A DNA stretch of 59,819 nt, filler included, from Basidioascus undulatus (GCA_000826855.1; 7 parts of 7 records of this genome joined end to end with filler, not necessarily neighbours in it); one strand, 5' to 3'; positions 12,671 to 24,834 are shown, counted from the first letter of the whole stretch. Notes: a model not told the origin generated them from the letters alone. Program-made: numbers and translations.

Positions 12671-14560
12671 GACAAAGTAACCGGCGATGCTCTCAAAGTT
12701 GTTTGTTTACTGTGTAAACCTCATCAGTCTCAGGTTTGCGATTGAGTGAGGCAAAACAATGCAGCGCACCTCAGCAGCTTGCGCGGAGGTGCACTTGAAG
12801 CCTTCCACGTTCTTGACAAGAATGCATCTTCCTCCAACTTCTACGATGCGCCCCATATATCTGGGGACACAGTAGCATCGGTACTGTCAAGAATGGAGCT
12901 GGGCAGGGGCAGACCGCAGCGGGGACTACCAGTAGAATGGGTGGCAAGGGTGCAGGTTGGCTGGGGACAGGACGAGAGGGCAAGGGCTGGACAGAGCAAG
13001 GACTAGGGACAAGAGAGGCAAGATTAGATAGAGAGTGAGCTTAGCTAAAAAAGGGGACTTATATATACAAGATGGAGAGGGTTGGAGCGGAAGCTGCTGG
13101 AACTGTGGCAATGGGGCAGATCCTGCTAGAACCATAGTGTTGCTGGCTTGGTTCATGACAGAGCCATGCTTACCTTCATGACTTCCATCAAGAGCAAGGG
13201 TACAGTACATCCCAAAATAAGCACTGCCTCATGTAATCACCTCGGCTGTCACACAGAGCAAACAATGTATGAAGTCTAACTCGTCACAATCTCCTTTGGA
13301 CTGTCACTCCTTTCTGCTCACCTCACGGTCACCTCCTACTCTTGCACCTCAATAACCGCAGCGCAGCTCAGGAGCTGCAATGTCTACTTTAGGTTACAGG
13401 AATATGTGGGCAGATTGTGGGTGGAGTGGATCTTGCGCTCTTGTCATAGTCAGAAGTATAAGTGTGTGCAGGGAGGCAGTGCACACAGCGGTGTCCAAGG
13501 TGAGTAAGGACAACAAATAATCCTTTCAAGACTGCACCAAAGCCCAATACAAGTATCACAAAAGGTATGGACAGTTGTCCTGCTGCTTGTTGACCCAGTG
13601 AGCACCCGAGTGGGTGGATGGGGTGGGTCCCTCTGCAGGCAAACCCAACTTTTGCATGTTGCGATTTGTGTGACAAGCGTGACTTTTCTTTCAATGTCAT
13701 TAATAGTGATTATCGATATATGCATCTGAAGCTTAATAAACGGACTTATAGGTGCTGATGGCGTAAGTGAAGCGGAGCCCGCATGACTTTGTCGCGCTCA
13801 GCCTGACAAGTAGTGAATGAAGGCTCTCTGTGGTTGACCCCATACATTGAATGTCATGTGAGTGAAAAGAACGATCTTCTTGTGCATTTCAATAGTAGTG
13901 GTTCTCCCTCTGTTTTGAAGCTGACATTTACGAGTTGCCACGGGGTGATTTGTCCAGCATCTCAGATCTGCAGTTGTCCTCGCTGGCCCATGTATGTGTG
14001 GTCACTGTATCGACCACACTTGTGTGAAAACTGACGTAACTCTCTCGAACAAAGACAAACTTGCACGTTGCTGAAGTATATGGCACGCATGTGCTATTTG
14101 TTCCGGCGGTATACCTAGATAGTATTTCAAGCATCGGGCATTCGCTATGTGTAGACGCCAATCCAGCTGGTGTCCTTGTGATGTCAATTCGCTGCAGAGT
14201 TTTTATGTCTCATGTGCATATTCTGCATGGGCCGGGAAAGTTATCTCAAGGCCGAGATCACAAGGTAATGATTCGCTCTTTCATGCTGCTGACCTGCAGC
14301 AAAGTCGGATCGACTGCATGTGACAGCCGTTATGCATGTGGAAAACGTGCCCATGCACCGCCTGTTGGGCAGTATCCCGAAGCGCACATCGCCTCCTCCA
14401 GCTTCGAGCAGTGAATGCATGAGTCATTTGTCGGGTTTTGCAAAGTTGCCCGGGCGCTAGTTCGACTTGCCTGTTTGCCGCTGAACTTTTGGCATCTTGG
14501 CCAAGCCGGAGTGCGGTCCTGAGGACGACGGAAGCGAGCTGTCTGTGTCGGTCTGCCAGC

Positions 14561-14567
14561 ATATAAG
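14561..14567 (+). promoter_or_regulatory. TATA-like box of the defensin gene
   Basis: ATATAAG about 115 bp upstream of ATG 14678, followed by a pyrimidine-rich tract. Confidence 0.5.
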
Positions 14568-14677
14568 ACTCTGCCTTTCCCATCGCCTCCCTCGATCCCC
14601 AGACTCTTCATACCCATCCACTCTACCTCACTAACGATCCTCCACCCATCTTCTCTCTTTTCACAAAGCAAACCACA

Positions 14678-15059
14678 ATGCGCTTCTTCTCCGCCGCCGT
14701 CATCGCCTCTGTGGGCAAGTGATATGACCAATCGTATCTTTGCTGCCTACATCTCACTGACATGCTAGTGTTTGACGTATGCACTTCTCAAAACAGCCCT
14801 CAGCCTCTTCGCTCCCGCCGTCCTGGCGGCTCCCGCCGGGGCTGAGGCTGCCAACAGCAACGTCCCCGCTGGCGCCCACCTCGCCGGCACCAGCGTTACC
14901 TCGCTCGCCGTCAGCCACCCGAACTGCAACGAGGCCGAGGGCACCTGTCGCCTTTTTGGCGGCGGCGACCTATGCAATGACCGCTGCAAGAGTTGCGGCT
15001 ACGCAAGCGGATCATGTGGTGGGTATGGCTGGCAGTACTGCTACTGCTACTACAACTGA
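14678..15059 (+). CDS. Secreted CS-alpha-beta defensin-like peptide, 8 Cys
   Basis: Exon 1 14678-14714, GC-AG intron 14715-14796 (GCAAGT...AAACAG), exon 2 14797-15059; product MRFFSAAVIASVALSLFAPAVLAAPAGAE...HPNCNEAEGTCRLFGGGDLCNDRCKSCGYASGSCGGYGWQYCYCYYN* with signal peptide and CxxxC...GxC...CxC motif. Confidence 0.88.
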
Positions 15060-15739
15060 GTAGGTGCGAACGACAACCTTCCTCTTGAGGTAAGTCGTAA
15101 ACATTTTTTCTTTGTTAGTGGGCCATGGGTTGATCACAACCGAAACGGATGCTAATGAATTCGTCTTGCTTAGTTTGATCCTGCAAGACTTCGTGCCAAA
15201 GCAGTTCCTCCCTCTTTTTTCTGCGAGTCTTTGTATCTGAGTTAGGCCTGTCGTTATGCCGCTGTCCTTGTCCGAATATGAAAGAAAGCTTCAATCCAAA
15301 GTTTTTTTTTGCCTGGTTGATGCAAATCTTGCCCTCGTTTTAGCTTCAGGTTATCCGCTTGCGGCGATTACTTACAATGGCCAGACGTAGTTGTCTCTCT
15401 CGATTGCTGCACTCTGCACTTTGACTCCACAGCTTGGTGTGCAAGTCAAAAGCTGCTTTCGCTTCCGAAAATCATGGACATGTTGGACTTTTAATACAAA
15501 AGACAGAGCGCGTGGGCACCTTCAGTAACTAGTGCAACCAACCCTCTTCTTCCGCATCGCTGCGCTCTCGGAACTCTCGGAACTCGCCTCTTCTGTCGGT
15601 TTAGTTAGGTTAGACCTTAAGAGCTCTGCATGCGACGCCGCTAGTGGGCAACAGGAGGGGTAGAGTACAGGAGCGAGAAGGGGCCGGGCCAGCACCAAAA
15701 CAACGTGGGCGAAAGCTTTGCACCAGCAGGAGAAGACTA

Positions 15740-17077
15740 GACTATGTAGGGATGAGACGGTGTACGGATCTTGACGGAGGGTGGATTCGATGGCGCGTAG
15801 GATTGGACTGGCGGCGTGGGGTGCAGCGTTGAGGAGGCGGTCGATGAGTTGATTCGGGGATGGTGTGGTCATTGCCGAGGCTGATTGGGGTGTCGGGGAG
15901 CACGGAGGCGATGGCTGTGTTGACGCAGGCAGTGTGGGTGCGACGGAAAGGGCGACCGCAGAGGCAGACCCGGCCTTGGGCTGTCTTGCCTCTACGCCAG
16001 CGGAGCGCGGTGTTGAGGCCGGAGGGGAAGAGGGAGAGGATGGGGTCGACTAGGGAGGGTGTGTGGCGAATGTAGCAGCCGAGTGTGCCGACGTTGGCCT
16101 CGGTGGAGAGCCAGTGCCGGCGATGGCTGCAGAGGAAGAGCTGGACAAGGGACTTGAGTGCAAGCGGGTCATCACTGGCCTTGTCTCTGAGGGCTGTGCG
16201 TGCCTCTTTTGCAAGCGGCAGTGCGAGGAGGCGGCGGATGGGCTCGTCTGGGAAGGGGGGTGGGTGTCTCGTCAAGCGACGGATCGGATTAGCCGGTGCA
16301 GCATGCACAAGACAGCGTTGATACAGACCCAGAGCGAGGTGCTCTAGGCGCTGGCGAGGGGGGAGACACCCTGTTATTGCTGCTGCGATCTTGGCTTCCT
16401 GTGTCCGACCTGCAATGACCCATGTCACGGCTTCGACCCAGACCCTGTGAGCGTCCCCGAGCATGGGCTGGCGCTCCCGCACCTTGTCTGCCCATAGCCA
16501 TGCGATGGGGCCTGCATACTCGAGAAGAGGGCGGATGAATGTCCTGTAGATGGCGAGCCTTGTGCGGGGAGACCAGCGCCCACCTCTGGTTCGGCAGAAG
16601 CGAAGGAGCCTGTCCATCTTGGCTGTTGAGGTGCGCATCCATCCTGCCCAGTCTGCACCCCCCACTCGATGGGGGATCCCAAGGTACTTGTAGGTGGGAA
16701 CATGGGGGAGGGCCTGTCCATAGAGTGTCAGTGGTGCAGGGTCGCAGGAGACCACCCCACACTTGGCCACATTGAAGCGCATGCCGTGCTGCTCTGCCCA
16801 TGCTTCAGCGCGTGCCAAAAGGCGGGCTGCCTCGGCATGGGTTCGTGTCAGGATGGACCCGTCATCTGCAAAGAAGTAGGAGGCTGGCATGGTGCGGCCA
16901 TCTCGGTCAAACGCAAGGTCTGCCTCGGCGTTCAGTGCTCGGACCAAGGGGTCAATAAAGATGTTGAACAGCATGGGTGACGCTGGGCCCCCCTGCGTGA
17001 AGCCGCAGGTGCGGCGGAAGGAGGGCAGGCGCTGGCCATTCACCACCAGGCTTGCACATGCCCCATGCCCCGTGAGG
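15740..17077 (-). mobile_element. Non-LTR (LINE-like) retrotransposon, RT domain and C-terminal Cys/His knuckle; 5' cut by contig end
   Basis: Intronless ORF with GFTQGGPASPMLFNIFID, YFFADDG, GMRFNVAKC, YKYLG, IYRTFIRPLLEY and CLCGRPFRRTHTAC; probable frameshift near 15870 into a terminal LIDRLLN segment. Confidence 0.93.
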
Positions 17078-17177
17078 NNNNNNNNNNNNNNNNNNNNNNN
17101 NNNNNNNNNNNNNNNNNNNNNTTAATTAATTAANNNNNNNNNNNNNNNNNNNNNNNNNNNNNNNNNNNNNNNNNNNN
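17078..17177. other. Artificial contig-joining spacer
   Basis: N44-TTAATTAATTAA-N44. Confidence 0.99.
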
Positions 17178-17785
17178 GAGGCACCACCCTTCCTCCCCTC
17201 CCTCCTCCCCACCACCCCCCCGCGCCTCCTCCTCCATCTCCTCCGGCTCCTCCTCCTCCTCCTCCTCCACAGTCTCCTCTACGAGCTTCGCCTTGCCCTT
17301 CCCCCTCCGCGTCCCCATCCCCGCAGGCTTTGCCCGCTTCCGCTCGGGCTCGGCAGACGCCGACGCCGAGCGCGCGCGCGGCTTCTTGGACGTGCCCGCC
17401 TTGGGCGCGGGCGCGGCGCGCTTGGATGCGGTGGACTTCGGTGCGGCGCCGAATTTCGATTTGTGAGGGGGGAGATCTGGGGAGCGACAGGGACTGAGCG
17501 TTATGATAACGAATGGTGGTTGGAGAGGAGAGGGGCGCACCTTCTTCGCTCAGGTCCTCATGCGACTCCCTACTAGCCGCCTTCGAAGTCGAAGCAGCCG
17601 GCTTCGACTTCGCGCTCGTGAAAGCGAATGCGGATTTCTGTAACGGTTTGCATTGAGCACGCGACTGGGACGAGGACGAGGGAAGGTGGACAAGGGACCT
17701 TGGAGGTGGTACTGCTCCCCTTCTTGGAAGGGTCGCCGAAGACGTCCTCGTCGGTGTCATTTGCTGGTGCGGGTTTTCTGGGCAT
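17178..17785 (-). CDS. Hypothetical low-complexity Lys/Glu-rich protein, 5' part (runs off contig)
   Basis: MPRKPAPANDTDEDVFGDPSKKGSSTTSK/KSAFAFTSAKSKP...EDLSEE/...KSKFGAAPKSTASKRAAPAPK...GKGKAKLVEETVEEEEEEE with two plausible GT-AG introns. Confidence 0.6.
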
Positions 17786-18159
17786 TATTTGTGCTGTGTA
17801 TATTTGAGAGTATCGGTTTGCGATGTGGGTGAATGTGTGGGTGAATGTGGGTCAACAAGGAAAGTCGCGCGACGCGTCGGAGAGCGTACGCCTCCCCTTG
17901 GATCGACTCACGTGCACAATGAGAGAGGGCTGTCGCCAAATTAACTTGTCCAACTTGGTGGGTCTCCGTTTGAAAATTCACATTCTCAAAAATATGGCAA
18001 GCGCTACAGGATTAATAAACGAATACCGAAGGGATGAACATGTGGGAGAGCTGTACGCTCTTTCAAAGTTTGCGTGCAGCTTTCGCATTCATACACTCCA
18101 AGCAGAACTGCATTCTCCTGATTGGTCAAGGGAAAGTTCGAATTCTGGATGGGGCCAGC

Positions 18160-19296
18160 CAATTAGTGGGGTACATTCCCGCATCGATACTGACAGCCTG
18201 GTTCGTCATGTCTCTGTTGCACGCGAGCATGGCCACAACAGCCGCGACCTCCTTCGTCTCCGGATGTCCAGGGAGCATCTTTAGGTAGAAGTGGACATTT
18301 TAGCTAATCAGTTCACATGGACCTCGACGTGGCAGGTACGAGGGCGCAGCGACTCACAGCCGTCTTAGCTATCAAAGCTGGCGCTACACCGTTGATCGTT
18401 ACTCCGTGAGGGGCATACCGGCCCGAGAGCCAGTGGAGGAGTCCGTGGAGAGCAGATCTAGAAGATGAGTCCGTGGACAGCACATTTAGAAGACCTGGGA
18501 ATTTCGGACGTTAAGGAAATAGTTAGGAAGCACATGAAGGAAGTGGGACGTACGCGTAATGAGGGCCACTACGCCTCCCGTCAGACCGGCTACGCTGGAG
18601 TAGAAGATCACGCGTCCCAATTCGGCCTTTTCCTTCTGTAAAGAAAAGAGGACGAAACCCATCAGTGGATTGGGGAGCGCGAGTGTGTCCAGATGCAGGG
18701 ACGTTGGAAGGCACAGCTGCGCGAGCTGGTACGGCCAGCAGGTGTTGATGCGCCAGGCGCGATCGAACATTTCCAAACTCACTGAACGAACAGTACAATC
18801 AAACCATTTGGGTATGCTTCTGATGGGCAAGAAGAGGGGAAGTTTGATCCTACCGTCCTCCATCCCCGCCCCCGGCCCAAGTGTCTCGCACACCCCCGCA
18901 TTCGCAAACAACAACGTCGGGTGCCCCATCCGCTCCACCACAGCGCGGTACAGCGCAGCCCTCTCTTCATCGCTCGCGAGTTCCGCCTTAAACGCCTCGA
19001 AGCGCGCGCTCGGGTTCGTGCTGAGCGCGAGGCTGCGCTACTTTTCGACGACTTGCTGCGCTAAGGCGGAGTTCGAGTGGTAATGCACTGCGAGGAAGCA
19101 GCCGAGCGAGGGGAGGGGCAGGGCGGTGGCGGCACCGATCCCATCGCTAGGAAGACGGGATTGGAATAGGTTGTCAGTGTTAGATCGGACACGCTTGGTG
19201 AGAGTCCGTGATAGCGAGGCGGAGCTGCACTCGCCTTCCTCCGGTGATGAGAGCTAGCTGCCCCTTGAGCCGTTCGGTAGGAGGAGGTTGAGCATT
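18160..19296 (-). pseudogene. Short-chain dehydrogenase/reductase (FabG-like), disrupted
   Basis: LKGQLALITGG/DGIGAATA...FLAVHYHSNS...VVEK* (in-frame TAG near 19037), LLFANAGV, GRVIFYSSVAGLTGGVV then a 1-nt frameshift before PHY, GVTINGVAPALI, EVAAVVAML...IDAG. Confidence 0.85.
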
Positions 19297-19702
19297 AGCC
19301 AATGTTTCGGGTATAGTTATTCAATGTCGCTAGATGGGTGGAAGATAGGCGAAAGGATGCAAGGAAGGACGGCTGCGCGAGCTGTGAGATCAGTGAGTGT
19401 GAGACGGGAGCCGGTCCGACAGCCCACACACTGACCTAACAGACGAAAAATTTCAGAGCTTTTCGAGAGTCTCGCAAAGCAAAATATCTCACTTCACAGT
19501 CTCGAACCGCACAGTCGAAGTGCCTATGAAAGCCAAGGCAGCGAAAGTGCCAGCCTCGAGCCGACTGCGAGCCAGAATGAAAACCGTTTCCACCGAAAGC
19601 CTCTTGAGCGCCGACGGGAACTTGGGCGTGACTCCCAGCGTCTTCTCTCTCAATAATCTCCATTTCTCCCTCTAAATCCCGCTCTTCCGGCTTCCTCTCA
19701 GC

Positions 19703-20771
19703 ATGCCGAACGCAACATCAACGTCTGATACCGGCCTGGTCCTCACCGAGCGGCATTTTCGGGGGAAAGCGAAGGCGACGCTCTGGCAGATCTCGTCGCT
19801 CGCCGACCGGTTGCGGAGAAGGTCCGCCTGCTGCGCTGCTTAGAACCAGCCGGATGGGATGCTGATGGACGCGCTATGGTTGGGTAGACAAATCGTAGGG
19901 TCCAATGCTACGGCACATGAGACTGCGCTGCTTCTGCGACTGGTCGTTTCGAACGCGAAGTTCAACTCGATCGAGCAGCTGCTGGCGATTGTCCGGGCGG
20001 TGGGGAAGCAGCTCACGGCGGCCAATCCTAAAGGTGCGTCTGGTCCTTCCTATCCTCGCTCCTTGATACCATCCTCAAACCCGAGGATGTTTGGCAGAAT
20101 TCGCCGTGGGCAACGTGACGCGCAATGTGCTCCGCCTGATCCGGGAAGAGTACCAACAAGCGCTAGCCGCGACGCTCCCGTCTGCTGTCTCCTCTCCCTC
20201 GCATTCCGAGCCGCCTACACCAGACATCTACACCTCGCGCCGTCTCTCTAACCCGTCCGCGTCCCTCTCCGACCAGCTCTCCTCGCTGCGCATCGCGCCG
20301 CCGCCGCCCACGCCGCCCCTCCTCGGCGGCTTCTCCCTCCTCACGCACGCCCACGCTCGCCGCGAGTCCACCGGTGCCGGCGGCGGCACGCGCTCGTCCT
20401 CCCCGCTCGGCAGCCCGCCGGCGCTCGCGGTCCAGAACACCAGCGGGGACAGGCAGGGCGGGCCAAGGGACTGGGACGACTTCAACAGGAAGAGCACGAC
20501 CGTCATGATCCAGGCGATTCAGGAGGTCATCGACGAGATCGAGACGGTTTATGAACAGGTCGCCAAGAACGCGAGCTTGCATATTCGGTCTTCGTGCGTG
20601 TTTTTCTTGGGCTGGTCAGGCGGCGGCGGCGGGTGGTTGAATCGTCGTTTGGGGACCATGCAGCGAGACGATCCTCACCATCGGACGCTCGCGGACGGTC
20701 GAGTCTTTCCTGAAAGCTGCCGCCGCGTCAGGCGGAAACTTTACAGTCTACGTCGCTGAGACTGCACCCTT
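19703..20771 (+). CDS. GCD7: Translation initiation factor eIF2B beta subunit, N-terminal part; C-terminal region absent and joined to the next feature
   Basis: RQIVGSNATAHETALLLRLVVSNAKF...RAVGKQLTAANPKE/FAVGNVTRNVLRLIREEY...IQAIQEVIDEIETVYEQVAKNASLHIRS/SETILTIGRSRTVESFLKAA...FTVYVAETAP. Confidence 0.88.
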
Positions 20772-20792
20772 GTGCGTATCTCCCTCATACAG

Positions 20793-21217
20793 TCCCCTCG
20801 GCCCCATCGCCTTCGCTGCCTCCCTGCAAATCGCCATCTCTGTCCGTCCTGATCCTTTCCCCCTCTTCCCTGCCCCCCGCCTTCACCCACTCATCTCCTC
20901 CCTTTCCAGACTCCCAATTTCGTCATCTGCGAAATGTCCTGGCAGATGCACTACAACGCCGGGTCGTACGACCTTCTCACGTACCTCGTCAATCCGGAAG
21001 TCTTCGCCGTCAAGGATGGGATGGTCGACGCGTTGACTGCGCCCGGACTGGGGATCGAGATTAATGAGGAGGCGGTCCGGCGGTGTGCGGAAGAGAGCAA
21101 GGGGTTCTCTTGGAGGTGCCTTGGGTGTGGTTTTGTGCCGGGACGATAGCTGATCAGTGGGAGGAACACAGGAATCCCGTCTGGCGCGGGCCCGACGGCG
21201 CTGTGAGGGAGTGGTGA
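20793..21217 (+). CDS. D-galactonate dehydratase (mandelate racemase/enolase superfamily), C-terminal exons only
   Basis: PLGPIAFAASLQIAIS/TPNFVICEMSWQMHYN...DLLTYLVNPEVFAVKDG...PGLGIEINEEAVR...SW/RNPVWRGPDGAVREW*, the typical DgoD-family C-terminus; no 5' exons present. Confidence 0.88.
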
Positions 21218-21337
21218 AGGATTTCATGTATCGGTGGGCCTACGGTTGTGTTACGGAAACTGAAATGAATGTCTGCTGTGTTTTGTCCTCGAAGGACTGC
21301 AATAGCCAAAGTCCGCACCTGTGATCTCCCAGCTGTT

Positions 21338-22006
21338 TCAAGGACACAACGAGGCGTCAGCTAACAACCCAGAGAAACTGGGCAATCCTCGATTCGGCTG
21401 ACTGACCAAGTCCTGGAACTTGGGGGATTGTCGGTGTTTGAACTTCGTAAACGCCTCCTTGCCGCTGCCCTCGGCGATGTGCCCCAGCTCAAGCTCCATC
21501 TGCTCCGCAAGGAATGCCATGCACGAGGTACGGTCGAGCAGAGCGCCGAGTTTGCAAGTAAAAGCCACTTTGTCAAAGCAGTTCCCAAGGCAAGGGATAT
21601 GCTTCGCACAGCCCGCGGACGACATCGAAGTACGTCAAGCCGTCCTCGTTGTGATTACGGCGCACATTCCGGGCCCGTCATCATTAAGAGCGCACTCCTC
21701 AAGATCGACAAGCAAGAACGAGATCGGGCGCCCGGCTGCGAACCGAGACGCGGTGGTGATGTGGTCGGTGAGCGGCGTGCCGGCAGGCATGCTGGAAGGC
21801 TCGTCGTCCGCCTTCTCGTAGTAGGACAGTGCGTTGGAGCGGCTTTCGTAGTGCACCATGCGGATCTTCTGCAAAGCTTTCCCGGACACGACCTGGGTCT
21901 TCTCGGCGTAGGCGCTCTCCTCCGTAACGATCTGACGCGGCGACAGCTTCCCTGACGCCCGCACCAGCGCACCCGCCGGCTGAGTGCGCTTTTCCGCGCT
22001 AGCCAC
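21338..22006 (-). pseudogene. Hypothetical ORF interrupted by one in-frame stop
   Basis: ORFs 21635-22006 and 21338-21625 are in the same frame, separated by TGA; coding-like composition; no family recognised. Confidence 0.3.
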
Positions 22007-22426
22007 GGCGTCCTGACAGCTGCTGTTACTCTGAATAAACTATACAGGTATGTTCGGAACGAGAAGCATCATGATGTTTTGCGCTTCCGAGCTCGACAGT
22101 GTGGATGTTCAGAGCGGAGCCTGTCTGCTAGCTGCCCGAGGACGTTCGCCCTACCCCTTTCCTGACCGACCGACTGGTTTGACTGGTCAAACTACGTTTT
22201 CATGCGGTGTTCTCGGGAGAAGGCGTAGACAGCCGCACCGCCGTGACGTTGACGCACAGCCGTCAAGCGATATGACGTCTACCAGTGAGGAGGCGGTGAA
22301 CACCGCCATGTGTATGTAGCATACAACTAGCAGCGATTTATTCTTGGCAAGCCGAGCGGGAGGTGGAGTCTCGAGAATCATAAAAGGAGGCACACTCAAC
22401 CCCGTCTACCCAATGCACCACCGAAT

Positions 22427-23103
22427 CATGTCCCCAACCACCGTAATCAAGTTCACTCCTCAACCCTTCGACGCCCGCTGCGCCTCCGCGCCCTCCCTCT
22501 CTCTCACAACATCCACAACCACCTCACCCCCGAATACATGGGAGACCCGCATCGTGTCCTCCAGCAGCGGCGAGGAGCTCGCCGTCGTGCGCACGGGCTT
22601 TCTCGACCCCGCGCAGGCCAAGCGCACAAACGCGCAGTCGTACGACGATCTCGTGTGGCAGACCGTGGATGTAACGCCCGGGTGGGGGTGGGAGAGCGTC
22701 GAGCTTGGAGCTGTTTGTCATGCGGAGGGAGAAGCTGGGGGGGGAACTGGTTTATTCTGCTTCGCATGTGCGTTTTCCTTGGTCTCTTTTCTACTCCCAT
22801 TCGTTCCTCCCACTAACGAGTATATTTGTCATTCCCATACAGATGCGAGCCGACCGTAACGGCCCCTCGCTCCCTACCTTCACGGACGGCTCGCATGGCC
22901 TGTTCAGCATCGGTGCGAAGCAGCCCCAGCTCGAGGTCTTCGACCCGGACGCTGTGGACGGGCGTGTCGCATTTGTCCTCCTGGTGGTCCACCATCTCCG
23001 CGCGGCGAGGGTCGCCTCGCCAGAGGTCCAGCGGCTGGCGGTCGAGGCCGGTGTAGGAATGTGGGGCCGGGGTGTGCCGGTTATTACGGGCGTGCCCGGC
23101 TGA
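22427..23103 (+). CDS. Hypothetical basidiomycete protein (possibly degenerate), one likely intron
   Basis: MSPTTVIKFTPQPFDARC...EELAVVRTGFLD...GWGWESVEL then CAG/MRADRNGPSLPTFTDG...VAFVLLVVHHLRAAR...*; splice donor unclear. Confidence 0.45.
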
Positions 23104-23315
23104 AGTAGAGCTGGGATGTGTATGATGATGATTACTGATCCGCTTCCAATGCATGAGTGATGTGCTACACTTCTTCAGGCCAAGTTTTCATAGGAGATCA
23201 GCGCAGCTTGACACTACGTTCAGCCGCACTTCCTTCCTCACTCGGCGACAGGAAAGCGCTTTTGCCCCATTAACATGCAACAGGACCGTCAGAAGAAATA
23301 AGATATCCGCGCACT

Positions 23316-24834
23316 CTATTGCACCCTTACATCCTCCGCAATATCCACATCGAGCTCATAAATCGGCAGCCTCGCAAAGCCCCTTTCTTCGCTCTCTGTC
23401 GTCCACGCACCCCTCCCCCGTCCCCGTCCCCGTCCGCGGGCGCCCCCCATATTCTTCCTGGCATACGCCACCTCCTCCCTTTCGGCCTCGCTCCGCCGCT
23501 CCTCGAAGCCCGGCCGGAAGTCTATCTCCCACGCGCGCCCCTCCGTCGCGCCCCACACGCGCGCATGCTCCATCGCGAGCCCGTACACCGGGCTCGAAGC
23601 GTCCCCGGAAAGTGTCGTGTACGCCGAGAAGCCGTGCGAGGAGCGCCGGACGTCGTAAAAGTGCACCAGGCCGTGGCGCGCGGAGCCGGAGGCGAGGTGC
23701 GTATCTGCGGGTGGGCGCGGCGGTCAGACGGCGGCTGGAAGGAAGGGGAAGTGGCGGGAAAGGGAAGGACGTACCGTATCCGCCGGAACATGCTAGCGAG
23801 TACACCGGATTCGGGTCCCACCGGTCTGCGAGGGCAAGGACGGGCGACGGCGACGGGCGGCGCAAGTCGTACACGCGCACGTGCGAGTCGTACCACCCGC
23901 TGATAAGGAGGTCTGGACTGGACAGGACACCCTGCACGCCCCTGGAAGGCCTCTCGAGCGCGTACACGGCCGTGCTCCCGTCTCCTTCCAGCGCCCGCCC
24001 TTCCTCGCGCGCGACCCACTGCCCGTCCTGCCCCACAGTCCGCACGACGAGCGGCGCGGCGCCCGTCCCTCCCAGGGCTGCCCACCCGTCCCCAAGCAGC
24101 GCACTCCACGCTTTCCGGGTGCGTAGGCGGGTCGTAGAGGGTGGACGCCAGGGCGAAGCGGGGAGGAAGAGGGACGCGAGGCCGGAGGACGAGAGCGAGA
24201 GCGCGAGGGGCGCGTCGGCGGGCGAGGAGAGGGACGTGATCGTCTCGGCCGGATGGGCGTAGCGGGCGGTTGTCTGCGGGTGTGGGGCCGAATCGGGGAT
24301 GTGTAGGCGCTGGAGGAGGCCGTTGGCATGTGAGAGGAGGAGTGTGAGCGCCTCGGGGTTGCGCGAAGGGAGGAAGACGATCCCCGTCACGTCTTCGCGG
24401 CTGTCCCTCTCCCTCCCCACCGGAACGAGCCTCGGCCCTCCCCGCAGCTCCCCATCCTCCGCTACACGCCACACGAGCAGCTTCCCCCGCGCGCCGACGA
24501 CGAGCCATCGCCCGTGCGGGTCGATAGCCAGGACGGGGATGCACCGCTCAAAGCGCGCACAGACGCGCGACGAAAAGTGGCGCGCTGCCCAGGCGCTGTC
24601 GATCAGGTGCGATGTGGCGACCTGGGTGGCAGGCGTGGGTGCGGGGGGCGAGAGGAGGGAGGTGCGCGGGTTTGTGGAGATGAAGGACGGGTAGATGGAC
24701 GAGTTGGCGAGGGTGTGCAGCGTTCGCGAGGTTTGTGAGAGTGAGGAGATGTGCGGGATATCCAGGTGTGAGGAAATGAGGAGAAGGATGTCTAGTGGGA
24801 GTGTCGGGAGCGTAGGTGCTCCGGGGCATAGCAT
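23316..24834 (-). CDS. F-box plus WD40-repeat protein
   Basis: N-terminal LPTLPLDILLLISSHLDIPHISSLSQTSRTLH (F-box); WD-like LLISGWYDSHVRVYDLRRP; one intron near 23705-23773; HLASGSARHGLVHFYDVRR, SSPVYGLAMEHARVWGATE. Confidence 0.85.

Noticed and set aside
17822..17852. GAATGTGTGGGT short tandem repeat
   Set aside because: Only 2-3 imperfect copies in a 5' leader; ordinary simple repeat.
23153..24544. Long overlapping Arg/Pro-rich ORFs of 340-369 aa
   Set aside because: Alternate-frame and antisense shadows of the GC-rich F-box/WD40 gene.
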